This document shows, one piece after another, positions 1 to 5,709 of a DNA stretch of 64,000 bases; within the stretch, counting starts at the first letter, position 1, and every line of letters starts with the position of its first letter. The notes below the pieces were generated by a model. That model was not told where the DNA came from, did not search any database, and was given only the letters and a program-made list of their open reading frames with translations. Source of the stretch: a virus; IMG/VR virus record IMGVR_UViG_3300042691_008527, positions 1-64,000 of that record, one strand, 5' to 3'. A program made the translations under genes and the position numbers.

Positions 1-97
1 TACGGATAGGTGTGAAAGAGTTGATTCTTCCAGTTACTCCCACTTTGCTAGTAGTGAAGAGATCTCCTACTTGATAGGTATATCCTCCGAGAGTCAT
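1..97 (-). CDS. Small SH3/KOW-like early protein, runs off window edge
   Basis: ATG at 97 after GAAAGGA RBS; MTLGGYTYQVGDLFTTSKVGVTGRI resembles 698..862. Confidence 0.65.
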   Translation of the reverse strand, partial: MTLGGYTYQVGDLFTTSKVGVTGRINSFTPIR

Positions 98-125
98 TTG
101 CTTTTCCTTTCTGTTAGTGTTTGGT

Positions 126-157
126 GGGCAGTTTTACCTTAGGTGATGCCCAGCACC
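126..157 (-). ncRNA. Candidate H-type pseudoknot, copy A
   Basis: GGTG-CTGGGCAT-CACC-TAAGGTAAAAC-TGCCC; covaries with copy B. Confidence 0.55.
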
Positions 158-166
158 AAGTCTCAT

Positions 167-589
167 TTAGAGATAACGAGCAACTGCCTGATATGTAGAT
201 GTGGAGACTACTTCCTCATCGGTCATCTTGAGAATACGAATCGCATTAGAGATTTCCTCTTTTTGCTGGTCATATTCATAGCGACCAAGAGTTACGAAGT
301 CACGCTTTGGCTCATCAGGAATAGTGATAGTTCCTGCTGGTAGGTTGAAATCAACATTTATTGTGCCGTTCCAACGAGTATTGGCAGACAACTCTGTTGC
401 CTTTGCGATATGTGCTAGAGCCAACTTAGCAACTTCCTTGTTGTGCTTCTCTTGTGCCTTCTTGAACTTTGCCTCATTAGCCTCTTGAGTAGAGTAATCC
501 TTCTCAAGTTTTGCGAGGGCAGATTCAAGTGCCTTGATTACCTTAGTTGTTGCTATCTTTACTGAGATAGCCTTACCTCTGCTTGCCAT
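167..589 (-). CDS. Hypothetical early protein (coiled coil)
   Basis: ORF track 167..619; start moved to ATG 589 because of RBS GAAAGGG and the promoter at 618-646. Confidence 0.75.
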   Translation of the reverse strand: MASRGKAISVKIATTKVIKALESALAKLEKDYSTQEANEAKFKKAQEKHNKEVAKLALAHIAKATELSANTRWNGTINVDFNLPAGTITIPDEPKRDFVTLGRYEYDQQKEEISNAIRILKMTDEEVVSTSTYQAVARYL

Positions 590-617
590 TTGTTTCCCTT
601 TCTGTTTGGTGGTTTCC

Positions 618-646
618 ATCTTAGCATTTTGCTAAGTGAATATCAA
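618..646 (-). promoter_or_regulatory. SigA-type promoter
   Basis: TTGATA-17-TAAGAT with TG extension. Confidence 0.7.
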
Positions 647-649
647 GTT

Positions 650-679
650 GAGCAGTTTATCCTCCACTTGCTCAGGTGG
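650..679 (-). ncRNA. Candidate H-type pseudoknot, copy B
   Basis: CCAC-CTGAGCAA-GTGG-AGGATAAAC-TGCTC. Confidence 0.55.
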
Positions 680-697
680 CGTTAGCGTTTGCTAAAC

Positions 698-862
698 CTA
701 CTTTTGCTTCCAAGTAGTCCAACGAGTCTTACCCTCAACATCAAGACGAACACGAACTGTGCCGTTTGCCTGTGGGTTGATTTCCTTGATGACTCCTGTG
801 ACCTTGCTCTTTTGCGAGGTGTAGGTATCGCCTACCTTGTATAGTGCTGTGGCTACTGCCAT
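698..862 (-). CDS. Small SH3/KOW-like early protein (54 aa)
   Basis: Hand-translated MAVATALYKVGDTYTSQKSKVTGVIKEINPQANGTVRVRLDVEGKTRWTTWKQK; AAGGAG RBS. Confidence 0.75.
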   Translation of the reverse strand: MAVATALYKVGDTYTSQKSKVTGVIKEINPQANGTVRVRLDVEGKTRWTTWKQK

Positions 863-959
863 TTTCTTTCTCCTTTGTTTGTTTGTTGCTTACTGTATTA
901 TTATCGCATTATTTACTTGTGTCCGTCAAGTTATTTCTGATATTTCTCATATTTTGAGA

Positions 960-1028
960 TTATTTATCCCATAGACCTGCTAGCGTTAGGATTAGCAGAA
1001 CAAGGAATAAGATTATTATTATGCTCAC
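960..1028 (-). CDS. Putative 22-aa membrane peptide
   Basis: GTG start; MSIIILFLVLLILTLAGLWDK. Confidence 0.4.
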   Translation of the reverse strand: MSIIIILFLVLLILTLAGLWDK

Positions 1029-1037
1029 CCATGCCCC

Positions 1038-1760
1038 CTACTTTTTCTTAGCAGAGAACACTATATCAGATTTTTGGTATACGCACAAGCCACAAGAGAC
1101 ACAAGCAGATCCCTTCTCAGATATTAGCGGGATAGCCTTTTTATTCTCAGGACACTTTGCCCCTACCCTGCCAATCATGGCTTTCATGTCTGCCTGCCCA
1201 ATAGCGAATGTATCAGCAAGATAAGCTAATCTTACTTCTTTACTAGCTAGGGTAACGGCAATATCTTTATTATCTTGATCTGTTGAGAAATAGAGAGATA
1301 GGTTATCAATACCCTTGAGGATATTAGTTGCGGAGGGTACACGAGTATAAACCCAGAATCTAATATCAGGATTATCTAGAATCGTGTTCCTCCATGCCCA
1401 TGTATATGAATCATTGAAGAAGTCCCCGTCCCAGTGAATACGGAAGAGTTTTTCAGCATTGCGCTTATCACAATCTTTGCGGAAGTCTTCAATCATTTCT
1501 GACAATAGATCTTCCATAGTATCTTGATCTGCGTCTTTCAATAGATCCCAGTTATGGATTAGAACATTTCTAACACCCTTATAGATCTTTTCTAACTTAC
1601 CCGCATAGCAGACTTTGGCGCATGTAGGTGTTTGACCAGGGCATGAATATTCTTTCCCTGCGGGTAGTCCGAATGTATTAGCAATAGTAGGTGTCTTGCC
1701 ATTAGGTGAAACGGCATTAGTAACTTTTCTGTCCTTAGATCTAATAAGCATAATAGTCAT
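1038..1760 (-). CDS. GP88-like protein (radical-SAM-like Cys motif)
   Basis: FGLPAG..SCPG.T..C..VCYA, FRIHWDGDF, FWVYTR, C-terminal CVSCGLC. Confidence 0.8.
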   Translation of the reverse strand: MTIMLIRSKDRKVTNAVSPNGKTPTIANTFGLPAGKEYSCPGQTPTCAKVCYAGKLEKIYKGVRNVLIHNWDLLKDADQDTMEDLLSEMIEDFRKDCDKRNAEKLFRIHWDGDFFNDSYTWAWRNTILDNPDIRFWVYTRVPSATNILKGIDNLSLYFSTDQDNKDIAVTLASKEVRLAYLADTFAIGQADMKAMIGRVGAKCPENKKAIPLISEKGSACVSCGLCVYQKSDIVFSAKKK

Positions 1761-1872
1761 TCTCCATTTCTAGCCATACTGTTTCCTTGATTGATTGATC
1801 AGATCCGTATAGAGATCCATTACAATCATTCATTTCATGACCGCAACATGGAAAGTCTTCACAAGTATTCAT
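1741..1872 (-). CDS. Small Cys-motif protein (43 aa)
   Basis: MNTCEDFPCCGHEMNDC...; GAAAGGG RBS; promoter TTGATA-17-TAGACT at 1897-1925. Confidence 0.65.
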   Translation of the reverse strand: MNTCEDFPCCGHEMNDCNGSLYGSDQSIKETVWLEMENDYYAY

Positions 1873-1993
1873 TTTATTCCCTTTCTGAATAATCCAAGTC
1901 TAGCATTTCAGGGAAAAAATATCAACTTAGCGTAATAGGGTGTTTCTACGTAAATAGGGCAAAACGGACAGCGGCCGGGCCCCTTTCGGAGCT

Positions 1994-2221
1994 TTACTCT
2001 ACATAGACATAGAGTTCAATTTTTTCATCATCAAAGAAGAATGTATCAATAACTTCTTCATATTCATCAATAATGGCAACATTACATCCTTCTTCGCCTT
2101 CATTGATATTTTTGATAGTGAAGAACTCTCCATCAACTTTTATTAGATCGCCTTCCATAAGTTGATTTGGATAGAGTAAGTCAGCAAAGCGTATTTCCAT
2201 ATCCATCATTGTAGCAGTCAT
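1994..2221 (-). CDS. Hypothetical acidic SH3-like protein
   Basis: ORF track; LMEGDLIKVDGEFFTI. Confidence 0.7.
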   Translation of the reverse strand: MTATMMDMEIRFADLLYPNQLMEGDLIKVDGEFFTIKNINEGEEGCNVAIIDEYEEVIDTFFFDDEKIELYVYVE

Positions 2222-2427
2222 TTTATTACTACCTCGCCATTCGCATAGAAAGTTTTTGTGAACATTTTACCTGTTGGGTCAGTTAGATTATATCTAGCAT
2301 AGACCTTAGCATTTCCATAGTCCTTACACTTAGCCCAAGCGTCATGAGCCTCCATGAAGTCATGAAGTCGCAAGGTAGAAACGAGTTCATCGTCATACCA
2401 AGTTGTTAGTGCGTATGCGTATTCCAT
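2218..2427 (-). CDS. Hypothetical early protein
   Basis: ORF track 2218..2448; likely start MEYAY at 2427 after GAGAGG. Confidence 0.7.
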   Translation of the reverse strand: MEYAYALTTWYDDELVSTLRLHDFMEAHDAWAKCKDYGNAKVYARYNLTDPTGKMFTKTFYANGEVVIK

Positions 2428-2428
2428 T

Positions 2429-2728
2429 TTAGTATTCCTCTCTCTCAATAATCCAAGCGTCTAGGTGGTGTGCCTCAATAATAGCATGGGCAGGTGCCAT
2501 GTCCTCACCACGCCACGAAACACCCTCTGGTAACTTGATAGGCAAATCCCAAAGTCCTAAGTCATTTACTGCGTCAATAGCCTGAATACATGGCTGAATC
2601 ATAGTGCTAGGAACGGGAGGGTAGTGATTAGATGAGAGATGAATCCCTATCTGTTGCTCAATGCTTAGCATGATACCCATATCTTCTAAGACTCCGCTTG
2701 CCATTTCATTTGCCATATTGCTTCCCAT
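2429..2728 (-). CDS. Conserved phage hypothetical protein
   Basis: HLSSNHYPPVP...HHLDAW; AAGGGG RBS. Confidence 0.75.
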   Translation of the reverse strand: MGSNMANEMASGVLEDMGIMLSIEQQIGIHLSSNHYPPVPSTMIQPCIQAIDAVNDLGLWDLPIKLPEGVSWRGEDMAPAHAIIEAHHLDAWIIEREEY

Positions 2729-2739
2729 TTTATTTCCCC

Positions 2740-2904
2740 TTATCGTGCTTCTGGTGTAGTGAATAGTTCGCCTACTAAGTATAGGCTATGTTGGTTATAC
2801 TTCTCAAGTCCTGCCTCACAATGGCAATACTCAAAGTCAAACTCCTCGCCAAGGGCAAAGTATATCTCTCCGCTATCATAGCAAAGAAAGCAGTTAGTTT
2901 TCAT
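2740..2904 (-). CDS. Small Zn-finger-like protein
   Basis: MKTNCFLCYDSG...YCHC; GAAAGGA RBS. Confidence 0.7.
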   Translation of the reverse strand: MKTNCFLCYDSGEIYFALGEEFDFEYCHCEAGLEKYNQHSLYLVGELFTTPEAR

Positions 2905-2930
2905 TTCATTTCCTTTCTTCCAATACGATA

Positions 2931-2953
2931 AACTTATCACAACCCTCCGACAA
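2931..2953 (-). promoter_or_regulatory. PafBC/RecA-NDp-type promoter 1
   Basis: TTGTCGG-AGGGTTGTGA-TAAGTT. Confidence 0.75.
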
Positions 2954-3021
2954 CCTCAAACCGACACGCCGAGTTCTGCAAAAAATTTCTGGGTCGCCGT
3001 AAAGTGTAACGTAAATCATAT

Positions 3022-3041
3022 TGTGGATAACCTGTGGAAAA
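3022..3041. promoter_or_regulatory. Tandem DnaA boxes
   Basis: TGTGGATAA (perfect, reverse complement TTATCCACA) and TGTGGAAAA. Confidence 0.55.
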
Positions 3042-3066
3042 CGCCCCGGCGCCCTCGGGCGTGTTG

Positions 3067-3174
3067 CTATTTCTTTTTTATTTCTCTTTCTGCGATTGAG
3101 ATCTCTAGCAAAGTTACCAAACTATAAGCAAGAATAAAAATCGTTGCCAAAGTTGCGAAGTCACTTATTCCCAT
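3067..3174 (-). CDS. Small membrane protein (35 aa)
   Basis: MGISDFATLATIFILAYSLVTLLEISIAEREIKKK; TAATG coupling to upstream gene. Confidence 0.6.
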   Translation of the reverse strand: MGISDFATLATIFILAYSLVTLLEISIAEREIKKK

Positions 3175-3362
3175 TATGCTAAAACCTTTCCTAGTTCATC
3201 AACACCGCAGGCTTTTTCAAACCTTGCTTTATCAAAGTTTTCATTATCACTCTGAAACCAATCAGCAAATAAATCTACCATATCCTCAAACACTCTCGCA
3301 GGAATTTCATCAGCGAAAGAGTTGAGAATGTTGGCGGTCTTTATGTAGTCCTTGCGAGTCAT
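3174..3362 (-). CDS. Conserved phage hypothetical protein
   Basis: MTRKDY...DNENFDKARFEKACG motif. Confidence 0.75.
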   Translation of the reverse strand: MTRKDYIKTANILNSFADEIPARVFEDMVDLFADWFQSDNENFDKARFEKACGVDELGKVLA

Positions 3363-3613
3363 TAGTTATTTTCTCCTAAGTCTATGAATGCTTCACTACC
3401 ATTTTCATTGATACGCTCTAACTCTGAGATAAGTTGCTCACGAGTTAGTTTTGAAACATTTCCTAGAATACTTCTAAGGCATTCCTTATTCATAGCGATA
3501 AACATTTCCTGAGGAATGCTAGAGATTTGAATTCCCATCGGTGAATCTGGGTTATAGCGTGAGACGAAGTTGATACCATCAACCTCAAACGGAACAGTTA
3601 CGAAGTTAGACAT
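3362..3613 (-). CDS. Hypothetical early protein
   Basis: ORF track; GAAAGGA RBS; coupled stop/start. Confidence 0.7.
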   Translation of the reverse strand: MSNFVTVPFEVDGINFVSRYNPDSPMGIQISSIPQEMFIAMNKECLRSILGNVSKLTREQLISELERINENGSEAFIDLGENN

Positions 3614-3726
3614 TAGTTTTCCTTTCTTGTTGTATTATTCATTGTAGCGGTTAGCACCGACAAGGCTTGCGCTTGGCTTTCCTTGCGTTGCTGGATTACA
3701 TGCTGGCGGAATTCTTCTAGATTCAT
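3613..3726 (-). CDS. Small hypothetical protein (37 aa) with an internal promoter
   Basis: MNLEEFRQHVIQQRKESQAQALSVLTATMNNTTRKEN; GGAGGA RBS. Confidence 0.55.
   Translation of the reverse strand: MNLEEFRQHVIQQRKESQAQALSVLTATMNNTTRKEN
3641..3663 (-). promoter_or_regulatory. PafBC/RecA-NDp-type promoter 2
   Basis: TTGTCGG-TGCTAACCGC-TACAAT. Confidence 0.75.
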
Positions 3727-3728
3727 TT

Positions 3729-3893
3729 CTAGTCCTCCTCTATTTCTGTAACTTTGATTAGGTGAATGCCAAAGGCAGGATTACTTAGCGCATCAAGACG
3801 CCTTAGCATATTCTCGTAGTTTTCTTCATAGGATAGAAACTCGTCAAAGTCTCCTTCGATATGAAACTCAGCGGTTAGTGTATAAGTAGGCAT
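3729..3893 (-). CDS. Small acidic hypothetical protein (54 aa)
   Basis: MPTYTLTAEFHIEGDFDEF...; GAAAGGGG RBS; promoter TTGCTA-17-TAAGAT upstream. Confidence 0.65.
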   Translation of the reverse strand: MPTYTLTAEFHIEGDFDEFLSYEENYENMLRRLDALSNPAFGIHLIKVTEIEED

Positions 3894-3951
3894 TTTTGCC
3901 CCTTTCTTTTTGTTGAGATAATCTTATCGTATTCAGTTATTTATAGCAAGC

Positions 3952-4110
3952 CTAAGCGTTGTGAGGTTGGTCACATGGACACTTAGGATTAGTCTTAGCA
4001 AAGTAGCGAATCAACATCATTCGCTCATTAGTAGTTAGTCCAAATACTGAGCGGATACCGCCGTCATTGTATTCATGGATTAGCTTTATTACTTTTTCAT
4101 CAGTGAGCAT
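3952..4110 (-). CDS. Small hypothetical protein (52 aa)
   Basis: MLTDEKVIKLIHEYNDGG...KCPC; GAAAGGGG RBS. Confidence 0.65.
   Translation of the reverse strand: MLTDEKVIKLIHEYNDGGIRSVFGLTTNERMMLIRYFAKTNPKCPCDQPHNA
3960..3975. promoter_or_regulatory. CRP-family box
   Basis: TGTGA-GGTTGG-TCACA. Confidence 0.65.
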
Positions 4111-4141
4111 TTTTGCCCCTTTCTTATTTTCTTACTCTGTA

Positions 4142-4170
4142 AGTTTATCACTTTGGTCTGACAATATCAA
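4142..4170 (-). promoter_or_regulatory. PafBC/RecA-NDp-type promoter 3, with an additional -35
   Basis: TTGATA-TTGTCAG-ACCAAAGTGA-TAAACT. Confidence 0.75.
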
Positions 4171-4211
4171 CTTAGAAATGCGGATAAATCGGACAATCTG
4201 CAAAATATTTT

Positions 4212-4227
4212 TGTGAGTCGTATCACA
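4212..4227. promoter_or_regulatory. CRP-family box
   Basis: TGTGA-GTCGTA-TCACA. Confidence 0.7.
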
Positions 4228-4313
4228 TCGTACGTAAATGGTACAAAACGGACATAGGGCCCGGCATTTTTCGGCGCATTGTCAAATCAACACGCCGATT
4301 TTTTATTTATTTT

Positions 4314-4502
4314 TTATGGATATTTCTTTTCATCTTCATCAACTAGAAACGAGATGTATTCAGAGAATCCAATATCATACGCAATCGGATCAACTGCTTT
4401 CAGAACATCAGACGGGGAATAAAGAAGATTCCCAATCACTATCTGCTCATTCGTTTCATCTAACATCTGGTCATACAGCGGAAGAAGTAAATCTTCATTC
4501 AT
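4314..4502 (-). CDS. Conserved phage hypothetical protein
   Basis: YDQMLDE...YSPSDVLKAVDPIAY. Confidence 0.75.
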   Translation of the reverse strand: MNEDLLLPLYDQMLDETNEQIVIGNLLYSPSDVLKAVDPIAYDIGFSEYISFLVDEDEKKYP

Positions 4503-4651
4503 CGCTTTACCTCCATTACTGAATAACTAGCCTTAGGGTCTAGTTGCTTTACAATATCCATGAACTCATTTAGTTCTTTTACACTTGCGAATGTCTCCTT
4601 AGCAATAGCCTTAGAGATAAGTCCGTCAAATACGATGACCTTGATTTCCAT
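4499..4651 (-). CDS. Small hypothetical protein (50 aa)
   Basis: MEIKVIVFDGLISKAIAKETF...; GAAAGGA RBS; ATGA overlap with next gene. Confidence 0.65.
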   Translation of the reverse strand: MEIKVIVFDGLISKAIAKETFASVKELNEFMDIVKQLDPKASYSVMEVKR

Positions 4652-4745
4652 TTCAGTTTTCCTTTCTTAGTTGAGAGTTATTACTTAGGACATTAGGCGA
4701 GAACACTCTCAAACTGCCTCTGTTTCCTTATTTAGTTATGAGATA

Positions 4746-4774
4746 AGCCTAGCACTACCCACCGACAATATCAA
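4746..4774 (-). promoter_or_regulatory. PafBC/RecA-NDp-type promoter 4, with an additional -35
   Basis: TTGATA-TTGTCGG-TGGGTAGTGC-TAGGCT. Confidence 0.75.
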
Positions 4775-5007
4775 GCGGTAGGGATGTGATTTCTATCACG
4801 ATAGATTTCATAGTCATTAGGACTCCACCTAGTGATATGAAACACACCGCCATTTGATGTCTTGATGGTCTTGGCGTATTGATTCACGCCCTTGATTTCG
4901 GTGATGATTCCACCCTTGATTAGTGATGAAGATTTGGTCATTGCGATTCTATCGCCAACTCTCATCATGTTGTATTTACTTAGGGTTACAGTTGCCATGT
5001 TTGGCAC
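4771..5007 (-). CDS. Hypothetical SH3-like early protein
   Basis: ORF track; GAAAGGAA RBS. Confidence 0.7.
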   Translation of the reverse strand: MPNMATVTLSKYNMMRVGDRIAMTKSSSLIKGGIITEIKGVNQYAKTIKTSNGGVFHITRWSPNDYEIYRDRNHIPTA

Positions 5008-5032
5008 TTCCTTTCTTTCTGCTTACTCCGTA

Positions 5033-5054
5033 AGTCTAACACACACCTCCGACA
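5033..5054 (-). promoter_or_regulatory. PafBC/RecA-NDp-type promoter 5
   Basis: TGTCGG-AGGTGTGTGT-TAGACT. Confidence 0.75.
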
Positions 5055-5103
5055 TTACCTAATCAGAAATGCATACAAAATGGACATTTTGCAAACTATT
5101 TTT

Positions 5104-5119
5104 TGTGAGTATAATCACA
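5104..5119. promoter_or_regulatory. CRP-family box
   Basis: TGTGA-GTATAA-TCACA. Confidence 0.7.
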
Positions 5120-5183
5120 TCATACATAAACGGACAAATCGGACATCGGCCCGGCGCCTATGGACAAATCGGACATTTCGGAC

Positions 5184-5199
5184 TGTGGCAAAGATCACA
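5184..5199. promoter_or_regulatory. CRP-family box (1 mismatch)
   Basis: TGTGG-CAAAGA-TCACA; upstream of + strand promoter TTGCTT-17-GATACT at 5221-5249. Confidence 0.55.
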
Positions 5200-5286
5200 T
5201 GCGACACGCCGTGTTTGAGTTTGCTTTTTTTCTGAGGGTGTGGGATACTTGCTGCCATGAACGGACAACAGGAAGGTAGTAGTTAC

Positions 5287-5344
5287 GGTGTGAGGCATAT
5301 CACACCACGATAACTTGACCAGCAAAAAGAGGGTGTGCTAAGAT
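5287..5344 (+). promoter_or_regulatory. CRP box plus SigA-type promoter
   Basis: GGTGTGA-GGCATA-TCACACC (5287-5306), then TTGACC-18-TAAGAT. Confidence 0.7.
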
Positions 5345-5372
5345 TCACCCATTGAAAGAAAGGAGTCATCAA

Positions 5373-5600
5373 ATGTATGACTACGCAGAAGAAATCAGAA
5401 GCGATGTTCGCTATTATCATGGTGAGCGATTCGCACCAAAGAATCCACCTAAGGATTACAAGAAAGAAATCGCAGAGGCTATCGCAGTAACAGATGCGAT
5501 GACGCAAGATGAGAGAAATGCGATTCGCTATCTCTCAGAGAATAACAGAGAAGAGTTACACGCTCTCTATGTGCGAGTGAAAGAAAGGGCAGGTCTATAA
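5373..5600 (+). CDS. Hypothetical early protein
   Basis: ORF track 5352..5600; ATG 5373 after GAAAGGAG. Confidence 0.7.
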   Translation: MYDYAEEIRSDVRYYHGERFAPKNPPKDYKKEIAEAIAVTDAMTQDERNAIRYLSENNREELHALYVRVKERAGL

Positions 5601-5601
5601 C

Positions 5602-5709
5602 ATGGCTAAGTGCTCAATGTGTGGGGGTAGTGGTAGAATCTATTACTACCTAGCAGGAGAACATGAAGTCACACCTTGTGACCATGTAGCAGAAAGGAAA
5701 ACAAAGTGA
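5602..5709 (+). CDS. Small Zn-finger-like peptide (35 aa)
   Basis: MAKCSMCGGSGRIYYYLAGEHEVTPCDH; resembles 2740..2904. Confidence 0.55.
   Translation: MAKCSMCGGSGRIYYYLAGEHEVTPCDHVAERKTK

Larger units (their letters stand above)
4131..4265. repeat. ~135-bp intergenic regulatory module, degenerate copy of 5022-5155
   Basis: Shared order CTTACTCnGTAAG, YGACA, AGAAATGC, GGACA, TGCAAA, TTTTTGTGAGT..TCACATC, CGGACAT, GGCCCGGC. Confidence 0.75.
5022..5155. repeat. ~135-bp intergenic regulatory module, degenerate copy of 4131-4265
   Basis: Same ordered motifs as 4131-4265. Confidence 0.75.

Noticed and set aside
4693-4719. Possible third copy of the small pseudoknot on the + strand (TTAGGCGA...AAACTGCCT)
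   Set aside because: The P1 flanks (GACA/GAAC) do not pair, and it is antisense to local transcription.
4660-4722. Resemblance to a SAM-V/SAM-II riboswitch (AGGCA.UUUGA...GCCU...ACUAA before the SD)
   Set aside because: The SAM-V second-helix register is not satisfied. Kept only as an unassigned structured leader.
1891-5310. CRISPR array or integron cassette array
   Set aside because: Repeats are degenerate and irregularly spaced with gene-sized inserts. No cas or integrase gene and no attC-type structure.
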